From: Octopus sinensis
Lineage: Eukaryota
Assembly: GCF_006345805.1 (NCBI RefSeq)
Contig: NC_043026.1
Coordinates: 3,720,001-3,784,000, forward strand
Length of the DNA stretch: 64,000 nt
Reading direction: 5' to 3'
The position numbers and the translations under genes are program-made. The notes beneath the pieces are model-generated. The model ran no database searches. It had not been told where the DNA came from and saw only the letters and a program-made list of their open reading frames with translations. Of this stretch, positions 1 to 11,525 are shown piece by piece (positions within the stretch are counted from its first letter, which is position 1; each line of letters opens with the position of its first letter).

Positions 1-503
1 TATTTTAGAACATGGTTGAGTCCATAAAATAGGATTTGACTACACCTCCATTTGGAGTCCAGTTTAAGCTAGCTCTGCTTTTCTCTCAAGATATTGGGTT
101 GTTTGGAAAGTTCTTGCCGATTTATAGTAGCTTACCTTTCGACTTATTTTAGAACATGGTTGAGTCCATAAAATAGGATTTCACTACACCTCCATTTGGA
201 GTCCAAGTTTAAGCTAGCTCTGCTTTTCTCTCAGATATTGGTTGTTTGGAAAGTTCTTGTGCCGATTTACAGTAGCTTACCTTTCGACTTATTTTAGAAC
301 ATGGTTGAGTCCATAAAATAGGATTTCACTACACCTCCATTTAGAGCCCAGTTTAAGCTAGCTCTGCTTTTCTCTCAAGATATTGGGTTGTTTGGAAAGT
401 TCTTGCCGATTTATAGTAGCTTACCTTTCGACTTATTTTAGAACATGGTTGAGTCAATAAAATAGGATTTGACTACACCTCCATTTAGAGCACAGTTTAA
501 GCT
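1..503. repeat. ~144-bp tandem repeat (about 3.5 copies, cut by window edge) made of a mariner left end
   Basis: TATTTTAGAACATGG recurs at 1, 145, 290 and 434. Each unit contains TATTGGGTTGTTTGGAAAGTTCTTGCCGATTT, the same TIR-like sequence that bounds the adjacent mariner copies. Confidence 0.85.
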
Positions 504-958
504 ATCTTTTTGTGGAAGAAGGTTTATGTTCCTATAACCTGTGTTAATTCTGTAACCCTTTAAAATGGAAAATAAGAAAGTTCATTTTCAGCACTTGATG
601 CTTTGGGAACCAGACAAAAATTGCTGCAGCTTGGCTGGGATGTGTTACCCCACCGTCCATATTCACCAGATATTGCTCCTTCAGATTTCTACTTATTCAG
701 ATCTCTGCAGAATTGTCTTAATGGTAAAAATTTCAATTCCTTGGATAACATAAAAAGATACCTTGATGAATTCTTTGCCATGAAACCACCTCAATTCTCG
801 GAAGAGGATATTTTCAAGTTAAAGGAAAGATGGAGACGCATTGTGCAACAAAATGAACAAAATGGTTCATATTTGGTTGATTAAAAATGTAATGACAAGT
901 ATTTATTGACCTTTTGTTTCCTTTAAAAATCAGCACAAACTTTCTGGACAACCCAATA
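381..958 (+). mobile_element. Internally deleted mariner (Tc1/mariner) DNA transposon
   Basis: Left TIR TATTGGGTTG... at 381. Right TIR AAATCAGCACAAACTTTCTGGACAACCCAATA ends at 958, followed by TA. Confidence 0.8.
603..884 (+). pseudogene. Mariner transposase C-terminal fragment
   Basis: LLQLGWDVLPHRPYSPDIAPSDFYLFRSLQN matches the mariner YSPDLAPSD motif. The N-terminal part and most of the catalytic domain are absent. Confidence 0.9.
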
Positions 959-964
959 TATATA

Positions 965-1193
965 TATTGGGTTGTCCGGAAAGTTTGTGCCGATCTATAG
1001 TAGCTTACCTTTCGACTTACCCTCCCAGGCACCTCAATTCTGGGAAGATGGTATTTCCAAGCTAAAGGAAAGATGGAGACGCATTGTGCAACAAAATGGT
1101 TCATATTTGGTTAATTAAAAATGTAATGGCAAATATCTATTGACCTTTTTCTTTCCTTTAAAAATCGGCATGAACCTGCCGGAAAACCCAATA
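965..1193 (+). mobile_element. Mariner-derived MITE
   Basis: TATTGGGTTGTCCGGAAAGTT...CCGGAAAACCCAATA TIRs. The interior matches the 3' end of the neighbouring transposase. Confidence 0.8.
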
Positions 1194-1327
1194 TTTTATT
1201 CTGTATCTCTGATATGGTTTCGAGAATGTTTGAATAACACGAGGACTAAACATTGATATTTAATAATGAAATACTGTAAAAATACTGGAAGAAATATTTG
1301 AATTGCATCAGACGTGAGACCAATTTT

Positions 1328-1699
1328 TGGAAGCACTCCGTCGGTTACGACGACAAGGGTTCCGGTTGATCCGATCAACGGAACAGCCTGCTCGTGAAAT
1401 TAACGTGTGAGTGGCTGAGCACTCCACAGACACGTGTACCCTTAACGTAGTTCTCGGGGATATTCAGCGTGACAAGGCCGGCCCTTTGAAATACAGGTAC
1501 AACAGAAACAGGAAGAAAGAGTGAGAGAAAGTTGTGGTGAAAGAGTACAGCAGGGATCACCACCATCCACTGCCGGAGCCTCGTGGAGCTTTTTAGGTGT
1601 TTTCGCTCAATAAACACTCACAACGCCCGGTCTGCGAATCGAAACCGCGATCCTATGACTGCGAGTCCGCTGCCCTAACCACTGGGCCATTGCGCCTCC
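1328..1699 (-). mobile_element. tRNA-derived SINE, family C (GGAGGCGCAATGGCCCAGTGG head)
   Basis: A/B-box-like head on the minus strand; near-identical full copies at 13435-13819 (-) and 38304-38686 (+). Confidence 0.85.
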
Positions 1700-2820
1700 A
1701 CAAACATGAGACCAATATTCCTGAAGTCACAATACTACAAATGGCCTGAGGTTTTTTTTTTTTTTTTGGGCACAATGGTAAATGCCACTCTTATGAAATC
1801 TTCAGCGCGGTAACTGGGGTTATTGAAAAGGTTTTGTACTTAAGGAACAGAAAAATATGGAGCAGTTTCTTTGGTGGTCATTATCAGATAGACAGACAGA
1901 GCCGAGATCTGATGCAGCTCCCACGTCCACAAAGCCCTAAACAGTACAAGAAAACAAGAACTAAAACTGGTTCATTCACGGACCCTTTTTTTTTTTGTTG
2001 TGTTTTTATTATTATTATTTTGGGAATTTTGACACAGAACTAAGGGCACCGGAGTGGATGCCTCTTTCGTTTTGTATTTTTTGGGAAAAGAAAAAAAAAA
2101 AAAAAAGAAAATGCATAATATATTTTAGTTTTTTTTTGTTGTTGTTTGATTCACCAAATGCGCCCCCTACTGTTTTGTTTTTTTTTTTTTATTTTATTAT
2201 AATATATTTTTTGTTTATTTTTATTTTTGCATCTCTTAAGATTTATTTTACAAAAAACCCCCAAATAACCAAAGACCCAGTAATCAAAACCCACCGAGGT
2301 GTAAGGTGCTGGGGAGAGAGGGAGAGAGAGAGAGAGAGAGCGGGATTGAACAAGGGCCATGTGTAGGGGGTAAAAACAAGTAAAATGATGATTTCAAATC
2401 CTGGCACAAGGCCAGCAATTTCGGGGGCGGGTGGGGGGTGCGAGGGGTAAGTCAAATACATCAACCCTCAGTGTTCAACTGGTACTTTATTTCATTGACC
2501 CCTGAATGTATGAAAGGCAAAGTCGACCTCGGCGGGATTTGAACTCAGAACGTAAAGTCCGGACAAAATGCCACTAAAGCATTTTTTGTCCGGCAAGCTA
2601 ATGATTCTGCCAACTCACCACCGCCTTAACGAGTAAAATAGTAATGAGGAAAAAAAATAAAATGAAAAAGAAGACGGGGGTGGATGGGTGGGGTGCGTTG
2701 GTTACTATCAAGTTTCACACTTTGTGGTCGAGGTAAGGAAGAGGACTTTCGATTTCAAATCGTGACAACATCAAACCTTATTTAGCATCATGTCAGGCTG
2801 TGGTGGCGGGGGGGGGGATA

Positions 2821-3407
2821 CCTATTTCTTTACTACCCACAAGGGGCTAAACACAGAGGGGACAAACAAGGACAGACATAGGTATTAAGTCGATTATATC
2901 AACCCCAGTGCGTAACTGGTACTTAATTTATCAACCCCGAAAGGATGAAAGGCAAAGTTGACCTCGGCAGAATTTGAACTCGGAACGTAACAGCAGACGA
3001 AATACCTATTTCTTTACTACCTACAAGGGGCTAAACAAGGACAGACAAACGGATTAAGTCGATTACATTGGCCCCAGTGCGTAACTGGTACTTATTTAAT
3101 CGACCCTGAAAGGATGAAAGGCAAAGTCGACCTCAGCGGAATTTGAACCTAGAACGTAACGGCAGACGAAATACCTATTTCTTTACTATCCACAAGGGGC
3201 TAAACACAGAGGGGACAAACAAGGACAGACAAAGGGATTAAGTCGATTACATTGACCACAGTGCGTAACTGGTATTTCATTTATCGACCCCGAAAGGACA
3301 AAAGGCAAAGTCGACCTTGGCGGAATTTGAACTCAGAATGTAACGGCAGATGAAATACGGCTATGCATTTCGCCCGACATGCTAACGTTTCTGCCAGCTC
3401 GCCGCCG
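2821..3407 (-). mobile_element. Tandem multimer of SINE family B (GGCGGCGAGCTGGCAGAAACG head)
   Basis: About three to four head-to-tail ~180-bp segments, each with GAAAGGCAAAGTCGACCTCGGCGGAATTTGAACTC. Confidence 0.8.
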
Positions 3408-3865
3408 GGGTGATACCGAGAGAGGGGACAAAATAGGGTGGGCAGGGAGCATTTCAAAATTATGAAAAAAAAACCACCACCATCCCACCCAAATACTAAT
3501 AATTTCATTTCACTAAGGGTTTAATGTTTGCTTGGCTCAAAGTGGCAGCGGTGGGGAGGGGTAGGGTGTAGGTGGTGAGAACACAAAGTTAGAAAGAAAC
3601 ACATGAGGATGAGGGTGAGGACGGGGGGGAGTTGATGGGGTCAGATATCGATTTCAGATGGTGCCAACATCGAACGCCTTACTAATACTAAACTCCTTTA
3701 ACCAGTCATCCCTTCAGTGCGGGGATGGGTGGGGGAATCGCTTAGAGTAAAGAAAGAAAGAAAGAAAGAAAGAGGATAAAAATCGGTGCGGGTGGTGGTG
3801 GTGGTGGGTGCTTTCAGGCTTTTGGCACAAGGCCAACACATTTAAGGGTGGAGCTAAGTCGATTA

Positions 3866-4228
3866 GAAAAGCGCCGCCGCCGTGGTGATCTCATTCTTGC
3901 TCACAACAGAAAGTGCGACCTCTCGAAAGAGCTGTTCTTCACTCCTGCTCCAGAGCGTAGGCTGCGGGGTCACTCCGAAAAGCTCTATCTGCAACGATTT
4001 CATCTCAATCGAAGGAGAGGGGCTTTTTCCGTCCGGGTTGCGGATCCGTGGAATAAGCTGCCAGACGAGATGGTGAAGATGCTGACGACCGCTCAGTTCA
4101 AAGTCTCTCTTGACCAGAAATGGCCTGAACTCTTTGCATGAACACCCTCCCTGTACATAACTCCATGTCCCCCTACATGGCCTTGCTTTCTGCTTTTTGA
4201 GCCAAAAAAATTAACTTAACTTAACTTA
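3866..4228 (+). mobile_element. CR1-clade LINE 3' fragment
   Basis: RRRRGDL...LRGHSEKL...FSVRVADPWNKLP...FKVSLD is the CR1 ORF2 C-terminus; (TTAAC)n tail follows. Confidence 0.8.
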
Positions 4229-4352
4229 TCAACGCCAGGAGTCAGCTAGGGCTTATTTTATCAACCCCAAAGGGTCGAGAAGCAAGTCAACCGCAGCGGA
4301 ATTTAAACTCAGAACACAAAAATGAAATACCTTAATAATTATTGAATACTTT

Positions 4353-4665
4353 ACTATTTACTTGTGACGGTGTTCACCCAGGGTGGGTTGAGCCGGTTTC
4401 TTCTCTGGTCCTGATCCCATCACGAACTATGGCGGCCCACGCTCGACGGTCCCGTGCGGGGTCACTGGAGATAGCGAGCCATTCGCAGTTCCATCTTCGC
4501 AGACCAACCACCTGAGGACCAGAGAGGTCCTCCTTTCTCGTTGTTGCCCAGGTCTTCAGCTGCCCGCCCATGCGCTTGCGCCAGTTGGGAAGTGGAGGTG
4601 GGGGGAGGAGGAGGACATCGTGAATCAGCTGACCCTCAGAATGTAAAGAACTGAAACACCTTGCA
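4353..4665 (-). mobile_element. RTE-clade LINE 3' fragment
   Basis: WRKRMGGQLKTWATTRKEDLSGPQVVGLRRW...ARDRRAWAAIVRD resembles an RTE ORF2 C-terminus; short AAGT-type tail after the stop. Confidence 0.7.
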
Positions 4666-5718
4666 AAGCTACCCCCCACCCTGCCCTCTAATGATAATAA
4701 TAATAATAATAATGATTTCAAATTTTAGCACAAGACCAGTGTCAAGGATGAGTGTAAATCGAATGCTTCGTCCCCATCCTCTCTCAATTGTACTTATTTC
4801 ATTGACCCCAGAAGGGGGAAAGGCAAAGCTGACCTTGGCAGAAATTGAACTCAAAACATAAGGATGGGTAAAATGCTGCGAAGCATTTCGTCCAGTCTGC
4901 TAACGATTCTGCCAGCTTGCTCCCTTAATAACAATAATGATTTCAAATTTTGGCACAAGGCCCACAATTTTAGGGGGAATGAATAAGCCAATTACATCGA
5001 CCCCAGTGCTCAACTGGTATTTATTCTACAGAACCAAATGGATAAAAGGCAAAGTCAACTTTGGTGAAGTTTGAACTCAGAACGTAAAGATGAACAAAAT
5101 ACTACCAAACAATTTGCCTGGTGTGCTAACAATTCTGCCAGCTCGCTGCCTTAAGAATAATAATAATAATAATTTTTTTACTCTAGGCACAAGGCCCGAA
5201 ATTTTGGGGGAGGGGGCCAGTCGATTAGATCGACCCTGGTATGCAACTGGTACTTAATTTATGGACCCTGAAAGTATGAAAGGCAAAGTCGACCTCGGCG
5301 GAATTTGAACTCAGAACGTAACGGCAGACGAAATAACCGCTAAGCATTTCGCCCGGCGTGCTAACGATCCTGCCAGCTCATCGCCTAATGATGATAATAA
5401 TAATAATAATAATAATAAATCGTTATCATTATTTTAATTACTGGTGTGATTAGTAAGAATGGTTGTTGTCTGAAGCTTCTTTGAGAGATTCTAATTATTT
5501 ATTTTAAAGATTTTTGGCAAGAGTGGAGAGAAGCATTTTATGAAATATACCTGCCTGATTGCCAACCAGCCAACCAACCACCCTGTCCACCTGCCTCCCT
5601 AAGTACATAGCCACGCACCTATTTACGAAGCTATTTACCCTGCCTCTTGTTTTATTTACTACCACATATGTTGGCATCAGCTTATCATACACCACACACA
5701 AATATATATATATATATA

Positions 5719-6240
5719 CTAGCAGTATCGCCCGGCGTTGCTCGGGTTTGTAAGGGAAATAACTATATAAGCATTTTTGAGAGTTACTTCCCTTATAGAT
5801 GCCAATTCGGGCTTTCTTAGCCATTTCTGTTTTGGTGTCTTCAAGCCATGAAGTCGTTGTTCTAAAAGAACGCTGGTCTCCTTGACAACGCTTTACGACG
5901 TTGATTTCCTTACACTCTCTTCCCCACAGCTTCACGAGGGAGGGAAGAAGGGGGAGAAGCAACACAGGTGCAGGTGTGACCATGGACGCCAACTCCGCCG
6001 CCATCGACACACGGAAAATTATGCATTAAAATGGAATAAAAAATGATGTTAAATTATTTTTAAAATCGTAGACTCATCGTTGACGCGCGCTAATAGCCAG
6101 ACGGGCTCGATATGAATCACGACTATAAGATACCCGAATTTGGTTAAACTGCACCGCAAAATGTGGGAGGAGTTAGGAATCTAAATCGAAGGGGACAGAC
6201 ACTCACACAACTACAGTTTTATATATATATATATATATAT
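5719..6240 (-). mobile_element. Non-autonomous Helitron
   Basis: Minus-strand 3' end CTAG at 5719-5722 with a CCCG-N8-CGGG hairpin (5731-5746) just inside; second copy at 26971-27835. Confidence 0.75.
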
Positions 6241-6559
6241 ATATGAATAAAAAAATGGAGTTAACGCAGGTGTAATCAAATATTTTTACTTTCGACAACC
6301 TTTACTTGTGAGATTTTTGCTGCCCTGGTAACTATTTATTTTTTTTTTCCGTGTTAATTGTTAACAAGGTAAAAATACACTCATCTATTTATATATATAT
6401 ATATAATATATATATATATATGAATAAAAAAATGGAGTTAACGCAGGTGTAATCAAATATTTTTACTTTCGACAACCTTTACTTGTGAGATTTTTGCTGC
6501 CCTGGTAACTATTTATTTTTTTTTTCCGTGTTAATTGTTAACAAGGTAAAAATACACTC

Positions 6560-6590
<31 letters not shown>
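6241..6590. repeat. Direct duplication, two ~180-bp copies each ending in (TA)n
   Basis: ATGAATAAAAAAATGGAGTTAACGCAGG...CTCATCTATTTATA occurs twice. Confidence 0.85.
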
Positions 6591-6591
<1 letters not shown>

Positions 6592-7039
6592 CACTGTATC
6601 GACCAGACTGTCAGATCTTGTTATATACCACTGGTCACAATGCACTTCCTTGTATTGTTGTAAGCTGAATGATACCACCCCTTGGTCTCAGTAGGCAAGC
6701 CCACATTCTCCCTGAACAGAAGACCGGTCTGTCTGTCACAGGGTTGCCCATCTACAGCTGAGGAAACTAGAGCAATGTGAAAGGAAGCACTTTGCTCAAG
6801 AATACACAGCATAGCTGGTCGGGGATTTGAAACCCTGATCTAGTGTTCATGAATGCAACACCCTAACCACTAAGCCATGTTCCTTCAATATACACACACA
6901 CACATAAAAGGCTTATATTTTATACCAGGAGTTTTAAGACTAGCTCTTATACACTGAAATATGCAGTTATGTTTATTTGCGATATTGTTTTGTGACAAGT
7001 AACGGGAGTTTATGGCTGTTTCCTGCACCAGTTTCACAT

Positions 7040-10000
7040 AGAAGCCCCAGCCCATCCAAAGTGCTTTGGATCGCAGGACAGCCTGCTGTGCTTACCTTGG
7101 AACGTAGGGTGACCTGCTGTGCTTGAGGAGACATATTGAGTCAAGTACATCAACATCAAAAATCAAATGGAAATTGTAGTTGTGATAACTGTGCCGGTGG
7201 CACGTAAAAAGCACCATCTGAAAGTGGCCGATGCCAGCCTCCCCTGGCACCTGTGCCGGTGGCACGTAAAAAGCACCATCTGAACGTGGCCGATGCCAGC
7301 ACCGGCTTGACTGGCTTTCATGCCGGTGGCACGGAAAAAGCCCCAACCGATTGTAGCCATTGCCAGCCTCCCCTGGCACCTGTGCCGGTGGCACGTAAAA
7401 AGCACCATCTGAACGTGGCCGATGCCAGCGCCGGCTTGACTGGCTTTCATGCCGGTGGCACGGAAAAAGCCCCAACCGATTGTAGCCATTGCCAGCCTCC
7501 CCTGGCACCTGTGCCGGTGGCACGTAAAAAGCACCATCTGAAAGTGGCCGATGCCAGCGCCGGCTTGACTGGCTTTCATGCCGGTGGCACGGAAAAAGCC
7601 CCAACCGATTGTAGCCATTGCCAGCCTCCCCTGGCACCTGTGCCGGTGGCACGTAAAAAGCACCATCTGAAAGTGGCCGATGCCAGCGCCGGCTTGACTG
7701 GCTTTCATGCCGGTGGCACGGAAAAAGCCCCAACCGATTGTAGCCATTGCCAGCCTCCCCTGGCACCTGTGCCGGTGGCACGTAAAAAGCACCATCTGAA
7801 AGTGGCCGATGCCAGCGCCGGCTTGACTGGCTTTCAGGCTTTCATGCCGGTGGCACGGAAAAAGCCCCAACCGATTGTAGCCATTGCCAGCCTCCCCTGG
7901 CACCTGTGCCGGTGGCACGTAAAAAGCACCATCTGAACGTGGCCGATGCCAGCGCCGGCTTGACTGGCTTTCATGCCGGTGGCACGGAAAAAGCCCCAAC
8001 CGATTGTAGCCATTGCCAGCCTCCCCTGGCACCTGTGCCGGTGGCACGTAAAAAGCACCATCTGAAAGTGGCCGATGCCAGCGCCGGCTTGACTGGCTTT
8101 CATGCCGGTGGCACAGAAAAAGCCCCAACCGATTGTAGCCATTGCCACCCCCCTGGCAACTGTGCCGGTGGCACGTAAAAAGCACCATCTGAAAGTGGCC
8201 GATGCCAGTGCCGGCTTGACTGGCTTTCATGCCGGTGGCACGGAAAAAGCCCCAACCGATTGTAGCCATTGCCAGCCTCCCCTGGCACCTGTGCCGGTGG
8301 CACGTAAAAAGCACCATCTGAAAGTGGCCGATGCCAGCGCCGGCTTGACTGGCTTTCATGCCGGTGGCACGGAAAAAGCCCCAACCGATTGTAGCCATTG
8401 CCAGCCTCCCCTGGCACCTGTGCCGGTGGCACGTAAAAAGCACCATCTGAAAGTGGCCGATGCCAGCGCCGGCTTGACTGGCTTTCATGGCTTTCATGCC
8501 GGTGGCACAGAAAAAGCCCCAACCGATTGTAGCCATTGCCAGCCTCCCCTGGCACCTGTGCCGGTGGCACGTAAAAAGCACCATCTGAAAGTGGCCGATG
8601 CCAGTGCCGGCTTGACTGGCTTTCATGCCGTTGGCACGGAAAAAGCCCCAACCGATTGTAGCCATTGCCAGCCTCCCCTGGCACCTGTGCCGGTGGCACG
8701 TAAAAAAAACCATCTGAACGTGGCCGATGCCAGCACCGCCGGCTTGACTGGCTTTCATGCCGGTGGCACGGAAAAAGCCCCAACCGATTGTAGCCATTGC
8801 CAGCCTCCCCTGGCACCTGTGCCGGTGGCACGTAAAAAGCACCATCTGAAAGTGGCCGATGCCAGCGCCGGCTTGACTGGCTTTCATGCCGGTGGCACGG
8901 AAAAAGCCCCAACCGATTGTAGCCATTGCCAGCCTCCCCTGGCACGTAAAAAGCACCATCTGAACGTGGCCGATGCCAGTGCCGGCTTGACTGGCTTTCA
9001 TGCCAGTGGCACGGAAAAAGCCCCAACCGATTGTAGCCGCTGCCAGCCTCCCCTGGCACGTAAAAAGCACCATCTGAACGTGGCCGATGCCAGTGCCGGC
9101 TTGACTGGCTTTCATGCCGGTGGCACGGAAAAAGCCCCAACCGATTGTAGCCATTGCCAGCCTCCCCTGGCACCTGTGCCGGTGGTACGTAAAAAGCACC
9201 ATCTGAACGTGGCCGATGCCAGCACCGGCTTGACTGGCTTTCATGCCGGTGGCACGGAAAAAGCCCCAACCGATTGTAGCCATTGCCAGCCTCCCCTGGC
9301 ACCTGTGCGGTGGCACGTAAAAAGCACCATGAAAGTGGCCGATGCCAGCGCCGGCTTGACTGGCTTTCATGCCGGTGGCACGGAAAAAGCCCCAACCGAT
9401 TGTAGCCATTGCCAGCCTCCCCTGGCACCTGTGCCGGTGGCACGTAAAAAGCACCATCTGAAAGTGGCCGATGCCAGTGCCGGCTTGACTGGCTTTCATG
9501 CCGGTGGCACGGAAAAAGCCCCAACCGATTGTAGCCATTGCCAGCCTCCCCTGGCACCTGTGCCGGTGGCACGTAAAAAGCACCATCTGAACGTGGCCGA
9601 TGCCAGTGCCGGCTTGACTGGCTTTCATGCCGGTGGCACGGAAAAAGCCCCAACTGATTGTAGCCGTTGCCAGCTTCCCGTGGCACCTGTGCCGGTGGCA
9701 CGTAAAAAGCACCATCTGAACGTGGCCGATGCCAGTGCCGGCTTGACTGGCTTTCATGCCGGTGGCACAGAAAAAGCCCCAACTGATTGTAGCCGTTGCC
9801 AGCTTCCCGTGGCACATAAAACGCACCATCTGAACGAGGCCGATGCCAGCGCCGGGCTTGACTGGCTTTCATGCCGGTGGCACGGAAAAAGCCCCAACCG
9901 ATTGTAGCCGTTGCCAGCCTCCCCTGGCACCTGTGCTGGTGGCATGTAAAAAGCACCCACTACACTCACGGAGTGGTTGGCGTTAGGAATGGCATCCAGC

Positions 10001-10123
10001 TGTAGAAACACTGCCAGATCAAGATTGGAGCCTGGTGCAGCCTCCTGGCTTCCCAGACCCCGGTCGAACCGTCCAACCCATGCTAGCACGGAAAACAGAT
10101 GTTAAATGATGATGATGATGATG
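7040..10123 (+). mobile_element. 5'-truncated RTE LINE 3' UTR with expanded internal minisatellite and (GAT)n tail
   Basis: Terminal AAAAGCACCCACTACACTCACGGAGTGGTTGGCG...CCAACCCATGCTAGC...(GAT)n matches the 3' end of the LINE at 60695-62714. The 5' boundary is approximate. Confidence 0.8.
7191..9945. repeat. GC-rich 129-bp tandem array, ~21 copies
   Basis: GCACCATCTGAA recurs at 7273, 7402 and 7531 (period 129). Confidence 0.95.
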
Positions 10124-11126
10124 AACAACAAGTCAGGCGTTGGTTCAGTGAATTGACAATGGAATGACATGGGAGAATCTGTGTAAACTGGGCAGAATAA
10201 ATACCAGACAAAACAAAGGACAATTATTTCAGCTTATTGGCCTTTTCATTGAACTTTGCATCTTTCAAAAATGTAAACATAAACACACACACACACATAT
10301 AATGGGCTTTGTTTCAGGTACATGGCATAGACATCTTCCACTACAGCTGATTCTATGGCTGTGTAGTCAGTGACTAAATTGGTTCCTCTGCTTGAATAGC
10401 TTGCTACTCCTGTAAGGAAGGTGTGGGCCAATGGTCATCCAGTTGGGGAAGGCCATGGCAAACCACCCCAATATTTCTACAAAAAAAACCCCCAAAAAAC
10501 CACTATAAGGTCAGAATTCAATGAGGGAACTTCTGCTTAACCTTTATTACACTTACACACATCATGCTGCCACACGAGCTTTCTCTCCTGTAACTGCAGT
10601 GTAAGGGGAGAAAACTCATACATGATGTGCCTACAGCATGCAAAAGGTTAACTGGGAAGACTTTACTGTAGCATCATCAACGTGCTGCAAAAGTGTACGG
10701 TACATGATGATGACAATATACATTTACTTACAAAACATTATTTACAAGACACACAAATACAGACCCACATACATATCTTTATAAATAGAAAGCTACGTAC
10801 ATATATCTTTTATGTAAGATATATATAAATATATTACTGTGTTTTCCAAAACGGAGGCAGACACCTTTCTCCATGTGATTGGCTTAAAAAATTGTTAAGA
10901 CACTTCGATATTTTCCTACTTAACATGAAACCAATGGTAGCCTTAATTCACAAATAAAGAAATTATATCTACCAAGGCAGTGTTGAGCACTCATATTCAT
11001 TATTTGACATTTACATGTATGTATATATCTTGAAATATAAAAAAAAAAACACAAATCTTGTAAATACAGCCAAGCTGAAAACAAGACTATTTGTCAATTG
11101 TCTTTTATATATACACATATATAAAA

Positions 11127-11288
11127 TGGCTGTGAGGTAAGTAGCTTGCTAACGAACCACATGGTTCCGGGTTCAGTCCCACTGCGTGGCATCTCGGGCA
11201 AGTGTCTTCTGCTATAGCCCCGGGCCGACCAAAGCCTTGTGAGTGGATTTGGTAGGCGGAAACTGAAAAGAAGCCTGTCGTATATATG

Positions 11289-11319
<31 letters not shown>

Positions 11320-11525
11320 ATATGTTTGTGTGTGTTTGTCCCCCTAGCATTGCTTGACAACCGATGCTGGTGTGTTTATGTCACCGTCACTTAGAAGTTC
11401 GGCAAAAGAGACCGATAGAATAAGTACTGGGCTTACAAAGAATAAGTCCCGGGGTCGATTTGCTCGACTAAAAGGCGGTGCTCCAGCATGGCCGCAGTCA
11501 AATGACTGAAACAAGTAAAAGAGAA
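11127..11525 (+). mobile_element. tRNA-derived SINE, family A (GGCGCAGGAGTGGCTGTGTGGTAAG head, internal (TA)n(TG)n, (AAAAGAGT)n tail)
   Basis: Other copies at about 12760-13165, 27982-28380, 31711-32150, 35140-35430, 36040-36530 and 58661-59108 (+), and 37198-37561, 39027-39410 and 44112-44651 (-). Confidence 0.85.

Noticed and set aside
7163-9956. 888-, 618- and 601-aa ORFs as protein-coding genes
   Set aside because: They are explained by a 129-bp (43-codon) tandem unit from a LINE UTR; several frames on both strands are open and no domain is recognisable.
10246-10431. Possible minus-strand exon GVASYSSRGTNLVTDYTAIESAVVEDVYAM
   Set aside because: It has a plausible acceptor but a weak donor, no recognisable homology and no partner exons.
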